Assembly (NCBI GenBank): GCA_963752285.1
Contig: CAVVXN010000005.1
Span: 640,001-704,000 of the forward strand
DNA: 64,000 bases
Source: an uncultured Planctomycetota bacterium
GTDB taxonomy: Bacteria; Planctomycetota; PLA2; JAEUHO01
Direction of reading: 5' to 3'
A model generated the notes under the pieces. The model did no database searches and was not told the origin of the DNA. It was given only the letters and a program-made list of their open reading frames with translations. Below, one piece after another: positions 41,738-50,974 of this stretch (position 1 is the stretch's first letter; every line of letters begins with the position of its first letter). The position numbers and the translations under genes are program-made.

Positions 41738-42274
41738 TCACCGCGCGGGGACGGGAGCCCCGGGCGCGAGCCGGACGGTCCGATCCACCGGGGGCGCCGG
41801 AGGAGGAGGCGGTGGGGGCGGCGTGCCCGTTCCGGTCCCTCGGTCCCGCGCCCCAGACGGAGCGGCGGGGACGACGGACACGGGAAGGGGGCCCCCAGGG
41901 GCGGGGCGCGCGACCGGCATGGACGGCCACGGCGGCGTGGTCCACGGGTCCGACGCGGGGCTCGCGGTCGGCGGGCCGGGAGGCGGCGCCGGGTGCGTGC
42001 CGGTCGTCGCCGGCCGCGCGACCGACGCGGGCACGGCGCGGATCCAGGTCGGAGGGGGTGGTGCGGGCGCGGGCCCGGGGGCGGTCGGGGTCGGGGGCGG
42101 CGCGGGGGTGGGCGGACGGGACGCGGTCTCGCCGTTCGAGACGAGCTCGTACTCGCCGTCTTCGTCCGCGCCGACCGCCTGCCAGTGGAAGCCGGGGGGC
42201 GCCGGCGGTCTCGCGCCCTGGCACCCACCGAGGATCGCGAGGAGGCCCACGACCCACGAGACACGAACGGACAT
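41738..42274 (-). CDS. Proline-rich lipoprotein
   Basis: MSVRVSWVVGLLAILGGC lipobox, then Pro-rich low-complexity sequence. Confidence 0.55.
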   Translation of the reverse strand: MSVRVSWVVGLLAILGGCQGARPPAPPGFHWQAVGADEDGEYELVSNGETASRPPTPAPPPTPTAPGPAPAPPPPTWIRAVPASVARPATTGTHPAPPPGPPTASPASDPWTTPPWPSMPVARPAPGGPLPVSVVPAAPSGARDRGTGTGTPPPPPPPPAPPVDRTVRLAPGAPVPAR

Positions 42275-42397
42275 CCTCGAGCTCCCCGTGCGCAGAACGC
42301 GCGGGGCGATTCTACCGAGTCGAGGCTCGACCGCGAGACGGGGCGTCCGGCGTCGTGCGCGCGCGTGGTAGAAGCGCAGGCGAAGACGGAGGCGGAC

Positions 42398-42607
42398 ATG
42401 GCGACTTCGGACGAGCGCGCCCCGGGACGATGGTGGCTGGCGCACGAGGCCGCAGGCCAGGGTGGACGCGGCCGGTGGACGTGGCTCCTGGAGGTGGACG
42501 GCGGCTGGCTCGTGCTCGTCCGCGTGACGGACGAGACGACCTGGGGCGGTCTCACGTTCGTCCCCGACGCCGCGCACGAGTGCCCGCCCGTGCCGCCGCG
42601 GAGCTGA
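42398..42607 (+). CDS. Small Trp-rich beta-strand protein (69 aa)
   Basis: GGAGG SD; TWLLEVDGGWLVLVRV...GLTFVPD. Confidence 0.65.
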   Translation: MATSDERAPGRWWLAHEAAGQGGRGRWTWLLEVDGGWLVLVRVTDETTWGGLTFVPDAAHECPPVPPRS

Positions 42608-42716
42608 GCGGGCGGGTCGGCCCGCACGCGCGGGACGGATGTTGCTACGCTCGGGCCCGGCGCCCGGTCCCGAGCGCATCGGATCGGTCCGTCGCGGGCG
42701 CCGGTGGAGGTGAGGC

Positions 42717-43400
42717 ATGACCACGTCGGCTCGGCTCGGCATCGCGAGCGCGTTCTTCCTGTTCGTGCTCTCGTCCTCGGTCCCCGCGTCCGCGGGGACA
42801 TCCGTCGTCGCACCGTCGCCGGCGGGCGCGTGCTGGGCGTACCACGTGCGTGTGGTGCGGGTGATCGACACCGACCTCGCCTCGGCGGAGACCGCACCCG
42901 TGCTGCCGGGGCTCACGGACGCTTCGCCCTTCACGACCGCCGTGTGGCCGGACGCGCTGGCGACGCTCAGGGCGCGTGGCGACACGCTCCTGCTGCTCGA
43001 CCGGACCGCAACGGGACTCGTCGGCTCGCGTGTGAACCTGCGGGACGACCAGGCGCAGCCGGTGGACGTCTACGAGCGACGCGACGCGACGAACGAGTCC
43101 CACAAGTCGTCGATGCTCCACGCGGGAGCCGCCGTCCAGGTCCTGACGGGCGAGGGGCTCGACTACGACGTGGACGTGACGTGGATCCTCGGGGCGCGTC
43201 GCGCCGACGAGGGCGCGGGCTTCGTACAGGGCAGCGCGAGCTGGAAGGGATCGTGCCCGCCGCTCGACGGGAGGACGCTCGTCTTGTCCCATCGTCAGCA
43301 GGTGGAGCGCGTGCGGGGCGAAGCGGTGGCCGTCGAGATCTACGCGTTCGTCAGCGCGCAGCGCGTCGTCGCCTCCGGCGCGGCGTCCACCGGATCGTAG
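42717..43400 (+). CDS. Secreted protein with weak similarity to the secretin C-terminal domain
   Basis: Signal peptide; LATLRARGDTLLL, DGRTLVLS and EIYAFVSAQRV echo secretin motifs. Confidence 0.55.
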   Translation: MTTSARLGIASAFFLFVLSSSVPASAGTSVVAPSPAGACWAYHVRVVRVIDTDLASAETAPVLPGLTDASPFTTAVWPDALATLRARGDTLLLLDRTATGLVGSRVNLRDDQAQPVDVYERRDATNESHKSSMLHAGAAVQVLTGEGLDYDVDVTWILGARRADEGAGFVQGSASWKGSCPPLDGRTLVLSHRQQVERVRGEAVAVEIYAFVSAQRVVASGAASTGS

Positions 43401-43501
43401 GCTCCCGCTCGGGCGCGCGACGCGCGGTCCACTCGCGACAGGAGTACGCCCACGACTCCCGCGCGGATACGATCCGCGACGACCGGGAGGAGCCGAACGC
43501 G

Positions 43502-45268
43502 ATGGGACGATTCGAGCGGGTGGCGGTGCTGGGCGGGGCGGGTCTCGTCGGCTACCAGGTGTGTCGCCTTCTTCTCCGGGAGGGCGTCACGACGCGCCTC
43601 GCGGTCGTCTCGCTGGGGCGCGGCGAGGTGGAGGAGGCGGTCCGCCGGCTGCGCGCGGAGTTCCCGGCCGCCGAGGTACTCGGGCGGTACGGCAACGTGT
43701 TCTCGCGGTCCGCTCTCCTCGACGTGGACGCGCCCGCTCCGGACGCGAACGGCGGGCCGTCCGACGCCGAGCGCCGGCGGGGGCTCCTCGCGGACATCTA
43801 CGAGTCGTTCGAGAACGCCCGCAAGGCGTCGGCGTTGTGCCGACTGGTCGAGGAGACGCGGCCGGCGGCGGTGATCGACTGCATCAACACGGCGACCGGG
43901 ATCTCGTACCAGGACGTACCTACCGCGGCGCGCCAGCTCATGGCCGACCTGGGTCTCCGCGGGAGCGCGGACAAGCCCTCGGCGACGCAGCTCCAGGCGG
44001 ACGTCGAGGCGCTCCTCGCCTCGATCGAGATCCCGCAGCTGATCCTCCACGTGCGGCTCCTGCACCAGGCGCTGGTCGAGGCGGGTACCGAGATCTACCT
44101 GAAGGTGGGCACGACGGGCACGGGCGGAATGGGTCTCAACATCCCGTACACGCACGGCGAGGACAAGCCGAGCCCGACGCTCATGGCGAAGACGGCGGTC
44201 GCCTTCGCGCACACGGGGCTCCTCTTCCTCGCGGCGCGCGCCGAGGGCGGTCCCGTGGTGAAGGAGCTGAAGCCAGCCGCGATGATCGGCTACAAGGCGG
44301 TCGAGGTCCGCGAGGTCCCGGGCTATGTGTGGGCCCGGAAGGGCGACCGCTTCGTCAAGCAGCGAGTGTCTTCGAGGCCGCTGTTCGAGGCGCGGGAGGC
44401 GTCGCTCGACGGCGCGTTCGACACGGCGCCCGACCGCGCCGCGTACCCGGTGCGGAAGGACGCACGCGGCGAGGAACGTTCGATCCGACTCGCGACCGTG
44501 AACACCGGCGAGAACGGCTGGTTCGCCCACGGCGAGTTCGAGGCGATCACCGCGCTCGACCAGATGGAGATCATCACACCCGAGGAGATCGCGCGCGTCG
44601 TGCTGCACGAGCTGACCGGGCGCTCGACCGGTCACGACGTCATCGCGGCGCTCGACGCGTCGATCCTCGGTCCGACCTTCAAGGGCGGTCTGGTCCGCCA
44701 GGTGGCGCTCGACCGCATCACGCAGCTCGAGTCCGACGGCGCGGTGCCGTCGGTGGCCCTCGGCGACCTCGGGCCTCCGCAGCTCTCGAAGTACCTCTTC
44801 GAGCTCTACCTGATGCGCGAGGAGTGGAAGACGCTCGAGGCCACCGTCGCGGGGCTCGGCGCCCCGGGTGCCCCGGACCGCCTGGCCGCGCGGCTCGGCT
44901 CGCTCCCCGACCTGAGGGACGTGACCGTCTCGGTGGGGGTGCCGGTCCTCCTGCCCGACGGGCGGCGCCTGCTCCGCGGGCCCGAGGTGAAGATCCCGGG
45001 ATACGACCCGAGCCTCGCCCCGCGTGCGCTCTCGGCGGACGAGATCGACCGGTACGCGGCGAAGGGCTGGGTGGACCTGAGAGCCGCGAACCTCGAGCGC
45101 TGGGCGCGACGGCTCGAGCGCGTGCTCGCGTCCCGGCGGGGCGGGTCCGCGGGGGCGTCCGACGCGATGGCGCACGACACGTACGGCCGCGACGACTTCC
45201 GCCCGGGAGAGGTGGTCGCCTGGGTCTTCGCGAACGAACCCGAGTTCCGCGGGTTCCGGATCAAGTAG
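43502..45268 (+). CDS. Large Rossmann-fold (short-chain dehydrogenase-like) protein of unknown function
   Basis: VAVLGGAGLVG nucleotide-binding motif, IDCINTAT, KVGTTGTGGMGLNIPYTHGE, NTGENG, LGPPQLSK; GGAGGAG SD. Confidence 0.75.
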   Translation: MGRFERVAVLGGAGLVGYQVCRLLLREGVTTRLAVVSLGRGEVEEAVRRLRAEFPAAEVLGRYGNVFSRSALLDVDAPAPDANGGPSDAERRRGLLADIYESFENARKASALCRLVEETRPAAVIDCINTATGISYQDVPTAARQLMADLGLRGSADKPSATQLQADVEALLASIEIPQLILHVRLLHQALVEAGTEIYLKVGTTGTGGMGLNIPYTHGEDKPSPTLMAKTAVAFAHTGLLFLAARAEGGPVVKELKPAAMIGYKAVEVREVPGYVWARKGDRFVKQRVSSRPLFEAREASLDGAFDTAPDRAAYPVRKDARGEERSIRLATVNTGENGWFAHGEFEAITALDQMEIITPEEIARVVLHELTGRSTGHDVIAALDASILGPTFKGGLVRQVALDRITQLESDGAVPSVALGDLGPPQLSKYLFELYLMREEWKTLEATVAGLGAPGAPDRLAARLGSLPDLRDVTVSVGVPVLLPDGRRLLRGPEVKIPGYDPSLAPRALSADEIDRYAAKGWVDLRAANLERWARRLERVLASRRGGSAGASDAMAHDTYGRDDFRPGEVVAWVFANEPEFRGFRIK

Positions 45269-45311
45269 GCGAACCGCCGAACCGCGCCGGGACCCTGTCC
45301 GTCTGGCTGTC

Positions 45312-46010
45312 ATGATGGCGATGCCGCGCCTCCGAGGACTCTGGCCCGTCGTGCTGTCGATCCTGGCGCACGGCGCCCTGCTCGCGGCCCTCCTGGCCGT
45401 CCTCGACCGCGCGCGGGTCTTCCGGGTGGGACCGGACGGCCCGCACCTCGCCGCCGTGGTCCCCACGCCGCTGGCGGAGGCCGACCCGAGCCCGAGCGAG
45501 CCTCTCGAGCGGGAGGTGTCGCCCCCGGATCCGGTCCCCGACCCGAGCCCGGCCGTCCCCACGGCGCGCGCGGAGCTCGCGCTCGAGCCGCTCGGCGACC
45601 TGGCGGAGGCGCGTGCGTCGGACACGCCGTGGCGCGTCGAGGACGTACCGCTCGAGGCCGCGCGGCGGAGCCTGCGCCGTCCCCGGAGCCAGGTGGCCCC
45701 GCCGCGCCCGCGTGCCACGCCCTCGACGCCGCGGCCCCCGTCCCCGGCGTCGGAGCCGGACCTCGTCCCGGTCTACACGCCGCAGTACTTCCCGCTCGAG
45801 GCCGACCGGCTGGGCCTGTCCGGTCGCGTTCGCGTGCGGGTGACGGTCCACACCTCGGGCGCCGTGATCGACGCGCGTGTCGTCGGCTCGAGCGGGTACC
45901 CGATCCTCGACGACGCGGCGCTCGCGAGCGCCCGACAGTGGCGGTTCGCGCCGATCGCGCGCGAGGTACGGGTCGAGATCCCGTTCCACTTCGTGCACGA
46001 CGGGCGTTGA
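45312..46010 (+). CDS. TonB-family energy transducer (TonB_C domain)
   Basis: N-terminal TM helix with SxxxH (SILAHG), Pro-rich linker, G.VRVRVTV..SG.V, SSGYPILDDAAL..ARQWRFAP. Confidence 0.85.
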   Translation: MMAMPRLRGLWPVVLSILAHGALLAALLAVLDRARVFRVGPDGPHLAAVVPTPLAEADPSPSEPLEREVSPPDPVPDPSPAVPTARAELALEPLGDLAEARASDTPWRVEDVPLEAARRSLRRPRSQVAPPRPRATPSTPRPPSPASEPDLVPVYTPQYFPLEADRLGLSGRVRVRVTVHTSGAVIDARVVGSSGYPILDDAALASARQWRFAPIAREVRVEIPFHFVHDGR

Positions 46011-46019
46011 CTCGGCGGG

Positions 46020-47297
46020 TCAGCGGACCGTTCGGCCGTCGTCCGTCCGCGTCTGGTCCTTTACGTCGAGCGCGGCGATCTTCCAGCCGTCGGGCTCGAG
46101 GGAGACCGTGAAGTCGGCGACGTACTCGATCACGCGCTGGTGCGTGTGGTAATGGTGGCTCACCTTCCCGACCACCTCCCACCGCGCGTTCACCTTGAAG
46201 TAGGGCGCGTCGGGATCGGGCTGCGAGAGGATCTTCTGGTCGAGGAGCCTCACGGACTCGATCTTGCAGACCGCGCCGCCCTGGTCCTGCATGATCAGGC
46301 TCCGGTGCACCTCGAGGTAGATCCGCTCGAGGAGACGACCGCTCACGCTCCGGCTCAGCGTGTCGTAGATCTCGTTCTCGGTGTCGAAGTCGAACGCGCG
46401 GTACACGTTCCGCAGCAGGCCCTCGAACACGTAGAGCGCCCGCGCGTCGGGCGGTCGCTCGTAGCGCCGGGCCCACGGGACGGGGATGTCCGCGCGCGCC
46501 ACGCCGTGGAGGGCGACGGCGCCGACGAGGACGGCGGCGGCGCCGGCGAGGCGTGCGCCCCGGGCGACGCCCCGGCGGCGCGTCCAGAGCAGGGCCGCCG
46601 CGCCGAGGAGCACGAGGGCGAGCGAGACGAGCGGCACGGGGATCGTCGGCGGCGGCGCGGGCTTCGGGAGCTCGAGCGCGACCGGCGGCGGCGGTTCGAG
46701 GGGGCGGTGCCAGATGTACTCCGGCTCTTTCTCCTTGAAGGTCTGGTAGCTGGTCTTCTGTCCGGGCGCGTCGAGCTCGCTCTGGATGCCGTCGAAGAGG
46801 GCGCCGAAGGGCTGCTCGTATTGGGTCCAGGTGAAGGAGACCTCCTTCGCCGGCCCCTTCGTCTCGAAGGAGATCGCGACGTTGATGAACTTCCAGTCGA
46901 GTCCCTCGTGGCTGTAGACGTCCTTCAGGACGCTCTCCACCGTCCCCGACACGGGGACGCGGTCGATCTCGACGTGGAGCCACCGCGCCATGCCCAGGGC
47001 GACCTTCTCCCGTGTGTCGCCCGGCAGGTCCGCGGACGCCTCGGTCGGCATCGCGAGCGGATCGACCCCGAACCACTCGCGAAAGATCGGGAAGCTCGCG
47101 ATGAGCCGGAAGGTCACCTTCCGGTCCGTGACCTTGATGGCGGCGTAGATCGGCGGGGGCATGTGCGCCTCGGCGCGCGACGCCGAGAGGAGGACGAGGG
47201 CGAGCGAGAGGGCGGCGGCGGCGGACGAACGCGCCCGCCGGACCCTCTGCGGCGGCCCTGCCCGCGGCGCGCTCGCGTGCTCGGTCCCCTGCCTCAT
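46020..47297 (-). CDS. Hypothetical exported/membrane protein
   Basis: Signal peptide ending AEA-H, two TM helices, C-terminal LLRNVYRAFD...GGAVCKIESV...VSHHYHTHQR; overlaps the upstream stop by ATGA. Confidence 0.8.
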   Translation of the reverse strand: MRQGTEHASAPRAGPPQRVRRARSSAAAALSLALVLLSASRAEAHMPPPIYAAIKVTDRKVTFRLIASFPIFREWFGVDPLAMPTEASADLPGDTREKVALGMARWLHVEIDRVPVSGTVESVLKDVYSHEGLDWKFINVAISFETKGPAKEVSFTWTQYEQPFGALFDGIQSELDAPGQKTSYQTFKEKEPEYIWHRPLEPPPPVALELPKPAPPPTIPVPLVSLALVLLGAAALLWTRRRGVARGARLAGAAAVLVGAVALHGVARADIPVPWARRYERPPDARALYVFEGLLRNVYRAFDFDTENEIYDTLSRSVSGRLLERIYLEVHRSLIMQDQGGAVCKIESVRLLDQKILSQPDPDAPYFKVNARWEVVGKVSHHYHTHQRVIEYVADFTVSLEPDGWKIAALDVKDQTRTDDGRTVR

Positions 47298-48271
47298 CTG
47301 GGCTCGTGGACCTCGCGGTCGTGCTCCCACGTGTAGAGGACGCGGGCGTCCCGGTCCCGGAACTCGACCTGCAGGTGTCCCGGACGGACGCGGAGCAGGG
47401 CGAATCCGAAGGTCGCGGCGTGGAACGACGACCCGGGTCCGCCCTCGACCTCGTAGAGACGTTTCCCGCCCGTACCGACGACCGCGAGCGGGAGCCCGCC
47501 CACCTCGATCATCTCCATCACGTGCGCGTGGCCGGCGAGGTAGAGGTCCACGGTCGGATGGCGTTCCATGACGGGCCGGAACCAGCGCGCCATCTGGGGC
47601 TCGATGCGGTTCGGCTTCGTGCAGTAGCTGACGATCGGGTTGTGGCCGAAGGCCAGCACGATCTGGGGGGCGGTCTCGAGGGACGAGAGCTCCTTCTCGA
47701 GCCAGGCGCTCTCCTGCTCGAAGTGGGAGAACTTCTCGTTCGTGTCGAGCCCGAGGAGCGTCACGAGGGGGTGCGCGGGGTCCGGGAGGTCCACCCGGTA
47801 GTACTCGGACGGCAGGATCCAGCGCCCCTTCGACCGCGCGGTGTACGCGATCTGCGCCTTCGGGTTGCCGTCGTAGTCGTGGTTCCCGAGCACGGGGTAC
47901 CACGGGAGGCGTCCCAGCCAGGGCGTGTCGTAGACCTGCTCGAACACCTGCTCGAAGAGCGGGTCGTTTACGCTCTGGACGCCCCGGTTGTAGAAGTTGT
48001 CGCCGAGGAAGATCCCGGCGTGCAGCCCCCCGAGCTCGCCCGCGGTGCGGTCGATCGCCCGGGCGACCTCGGCCTGCTCCCGGGTCGCCGCGCCCCAGTC
48101 CCCGAGCGCGGCGATCCGGACCTCCTCCCCGATCGGCGGGACCTCGTGGCGGACCCCGGGCGGGACGTACGTCGGGAGGCCTTGGGCGCGCCAGACGAGC
48201 CACCCGACCAGGGCCGCCCCGAGTGCCGCCGCGACGAGCAGGCCGAGGACGAGGCGGGAGGGGCGACGCAT
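47294..48271 (-). CDS. Metallophosphoesterase, purple/tartrate-resistant acid phosphatase-like
   Basis: GDWG, LGDNFY, LGNHDY, GHNP, LAGHAH; N-terminal anchor. Confidence 0.92.
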   Translation of the reverse strand: MRRPSRLVLGLLVAAALGAALVGWLVWRAQGLPTYVPPGVRHEVPPIGEEVRIAALGDWGAATREQAEVARAIDRTAGELGGLHAGIFLGDNFYNRGVQSVNDPLFEQVFEQVYDTPWLGRLPWYPVLGNHDYDGNPKAQIAYTARSKGRWILPSEYYRVDLPDPAHPLVTLLGLDTNEKFSHFEQESAWLEKELSSLETAPQIVLAFGHNPIVSYCTKPNRIEPQMARWFRPVMERHPTVDLYLAGHAHVMEMIEVGGLPLAVVGTGGKRLYEVEGGPGSSFHAATFGFALLRVRPGHLQVEFRDRDARVLYTWEHDREVHEPR

Positions 48272-48308
48272 CGTCGTGCGAGGGTACCCCGTCTCGCTGC
48301 CCCGGCGG

Positions 48309-49274
48309 CTACTTCTTGCGGGCGCCCGAGGTTCGGTGCCCCGCGCCGCCGGCCCGCGCCGCCGGCACCTTCTTCTTCACGGCCGCCTTCTTCGGACCCC
48401 GGCCGGAGGCGCCGGCGGACTTGGCGGCCGGGCCGCGGCGTGCCGACGTCGCCTTGGCGGCGGGCCGCGGCGTGGTCGCACCCTTGCCCGTCGCCTTCTT
48501 CGAAGCCTTCTTCGGCGGCACCTTCGGCGGCACCTTCGGCGGCTTGGGGCGCGGGCGCGCGGGGGGAGAGGCCGTCTTCTTCTTCGCGACCGTGGGCCCC
48601 GCCTTCTTGGCGGGGGTCTTCGCGGCGGGCTTCGCCGTGGGGTTCGACCCGCGGGCCGGTCCCACCGCGGGCTTCGAGGCGGCCGCGCGCGCCGTCTTTC
48701 CGGCGGCCCGCCGGCGCTCGGCCCGCGCCTTCAGGCGCTTCAGCCGCCGCTCGCGTCGCCGGATCAGGTCGCGCTTCGCGTCCTCCTGGGCCTGGGCCTC
48801 GGCGAGGACCTCGGCCGAGGCCGCCGTGTGGGCCTCCTCCGGCATCGGGTGCCCGTCCCCGTGGTCGAGAGCGGTGCGGGCGCGCGTCAGCCGGCGGTCC
48901 CACTCGGCGTACTCGGGCTCGCGCCCGTGCACCCAGATCCGGTCACGGAGCTCCTCGGCGAGCAGCTGGATGACCTTGAGCTGGTGCCGCACGGTCATGC
49001 CCGGCGTGGTCGCCGCCGGCACGTCGGGCCAGGTGCCCGCGTGCCGGGCCGGGGGCACGTCCGGCGGGTACGGATCTCCGTGCCCGGCGACCGGCGGGAG
49101 GAAGAGCGCGCGGTACGCGTCGTGGATCCGCCGTCGCCAACGCTCGTGCTCGCCCGCGGCGTAGAAGCCCGGCCGGCGGAGCTCCTCGGAGATCCAAATC
49201 ACGTAGTCGAGGACAGCCCGGACCGTGACCTCCGGCTGGTGGCTGGAGGGGATCTCCGGCCAGGGGAGCTTCAC
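48309..49274 (-). CDS. Hypothetical protein with a duplicated N-terminal domain and a Lys/Ala/Pro-rich histone-H1-like tail
   Basis: GGAGG SD before GTG 49274; tail AKPAAKTPAKKA...KKAAVKKKV. Confidence 0.75.
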   Translation of the reverse strand: MKLPWPEIPSSHQPEVTVRAVLDYVIWISEELRRPGFYAAGEHERWRRRIHDAYRALFLPPVAGHGDPYPPDVPPARHAGTWPDVPAATTPGMTVRHQLKVIQLLAEELRDRIWVHGREPEYAEWDRRLTRARTALDHGDGHPMPEEAHTAASAEVLAEAQAQEDAKRDLIRRRERRLKRLKARAERRRAAGKTARAAASKPAVGPARGSNPTAKPAAKTPAKKAGPTVAKKKTASPPARPRPKPPKVPPKVPPKKASKKATGKGATTPRPAAKATSARRGPAAKSAGASGRGPKKAAVKKKVPAARAGGAGHRTSGARKK

Positions 49275-49633
49275 GAAAGACCTCCGGCTCACGGGACTCG
49301 AGTACGCGGGTTGGCGGGAGGATGGGGGCGGAGCACCGGAATTGCAAGTTCCGGTGTGCCGAGAGGCCGCCCACGGGGCGGGATCGGCCCCCAAGCCCCG
49401 ATCTCCGGGAACCGGGACCCGCGGGCGGTCCCCCGGGGGGGCGCCGCGGCGGGGGGGGCGGGACGTTGGTCGGCCCCCCCGGAACGGGCGGGGCCCACCC
49501 CCTGCCGAGGGCGACAGCGCAGAGGACGCCGGTACATTGATCCCGCTCGAACGTGTTTCCCTTGTTCCTGGCGCTTCACGCCGGCTCCGGTGGTCCGAGC
49601 CGTGATCTCCCGCGCGGGAAGCGGAGTCATTGC

Positions 49634-50110
49634 ATGTCCGACGTTCGTATCCGGCTGAAGACCGCTGGAATCTCGCTTCACTTCGAAGGATCCGAGGAGC
49701 TCTATGACCGGTTGCTCGCCTCCGTGCTCGCGCCGTTCGCGGGCCGGAGGGCCTCCGAGCGCCCCGCGGAGCGGGTGGTGGCGAGGCCGAGGCGAGTCCC
49801 CGCCTGGAGCCCGCCGTCGGACCGGTTCGGCACGTTCCGCCGCCAGATCGACCTCACGAAGGACGGCGAGGCCGACCGCGTCGCCGCGTTCGCCTTCTAC
49901 CTGTGGAACTACGAGAAGAAGGAGACGTTCCGCGAGGAAGAGGTCGAGGGGTGCTTCCACGCGCAGGGCCTCGAGCCGCCCAAGGACACGGCGTCGGTCT
50001 ACGGCGAGCTCCTGACGCGGCGGATGCTCTCGCCGGGCGCCGCGGAGCGTTCATGGCGTCTCACGGGCAAGGGCCGCGACTACGTGCGACACCACCTGCT
50101 CTCGGCGTGA
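49634..50110 (+). CDS. Hypothetical protein with a probable C-terminal winged-helix
   Basis: GGAG SD; MSDVRIRLKTAGISLHFEGSEE, C-terminal WRLTGKGRDYV. Confidence 0.75.
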   Translation: MSDVRIRLKTAGISLHFEGSEELYDRLLASVLAPFAGRRASERPAERVVARPRRVPAWSPPSDRFGTFRRQIDLTKDGEADRVAAFAFYLWNYEKKETFREEEVEGCFHAQGLEPPKDTASVYGELLTRRMLSPGAAERSWRLTGKGRDYVRHHLLSA

Positions 50111-50150
50111 CACCGAGGGGGCACGGGCGCGGGTCGGATCCCGGGGCGGC

Positions 50151-50807
50151 TCAGCCGCGCGCGGGGCGCTTTCGTGCCTGGCGGACGTAGACCAGTCCGC
50201 GGTTCGGGCCGGGAATCGCCCCCTTCACGTAGAGGAGGTTCTTCTCCGGCTCGACGCGAAGGACGAGGAGGTTCTGGACCGTGACCGGCGAGCCACCGTA
50301 CCGGCCGCCCATGCGCGTGCCGCGGAGGGTGTGCTGAGGCTTCCGGCTCCCGACGGAGCCCGCGTGGCGGACGAAGAAGTGGGCGCCGTGTGACTCCTTG
50401 AGCGTCGCGAAGCCGTGACGGCGGACGACGCCGGACGTGCCGCGGCCCTTCATCGTGCCGATCACGTCCACGTGCTGACCCGGCTCGAAGATGTCGCACG
50501 TGATCTTCGACCCGACGGCGGGGACCTCGTCGCCGGCGTCGAGTCGGATCTCGGCGAGGTGGCGCGTCGGCTCGACGCCTGCCTTCTTGAAGTGACCGCG
50601 GAGCGGCTTCGAGACGAGCTTCTCGCGACGGGGCAGGAAGCCGATCTGCACGGCCTGGTAGCCCTCGTTGCCCTCGTCCTTCTGCTGGACGACGGAGCAG
50701 GGCCCGGCCTCCACGAGCGTGCAGGCGACGGCGTCCCCGTTCTCGAGGAAGACGCGGGTCATGCCGACCTTGCGGCCGAGGATGCCTTTGTGACGCAGGA
50801 TCGGCAT
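50151..50807 (-). CDS. rplC: 50S ribosomal protein L3 (stand-alone)
   Basis: GILGRKVGMTRVF, GYQAVQIG, KPLRGHFKKAG, VDVIGTMKGRG, VTVQNL, NLLYVKGAIPGP; AGGAG SD. Confidence 0.96.
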   Translation of the reverse strand: MPILRHKGILGRKVGMTRVFLENGDAVACTLVEAGPCSVVQQKDEGNEGYQAVQIGFLPRREKLVSKPLRGHFKKAGVEPTRHLAEIRLDAGDEVPAVGSKITCDIFEPGQHVDVIGTMKGRGTSGVVRRHGFATLKESHGAHFFVRHAGSVGSRKPQHTLRGTRMGGRYGGSPVTVQNLLVLRVEPEKNLLYVKGAIPGPNRGLVYVRQARKRPARG

Positions 50808-50882
50808 GGGGTGGCTCCTGGCTCCCGAGGCGGGCTCGCGGGGGGATCGGCCGCCGGGGCCCGACGCCGCGCGAAGCCCCGG

Positions 50883-50910
50883 AGTGTAGGCCGTGCGCGG
50901 GGCCGGGCAA
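50883..50910 (-). promoter_or_regulatory. Sigma70-type promoter candidate for rplC
   Basis: Minus strand TTGCCC-16 nt-TACACT, about 75 nt upstream of the ATG. Confidence 0.5.
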
Positions 50911-50974
50911 GGAATGCCGGGATCCGGTTCGAATCGGGAACCCGGGGCCCTCGAACGGCGTCCTCTACCTGATC

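Noticed and set aside
49400..49500. G/C-run-rich intergenic stretches (also 59940-60080) as G-quadruplex or REP elements
   Set aside because: Expected at this GC content, and no recurring unit was found between spacers.
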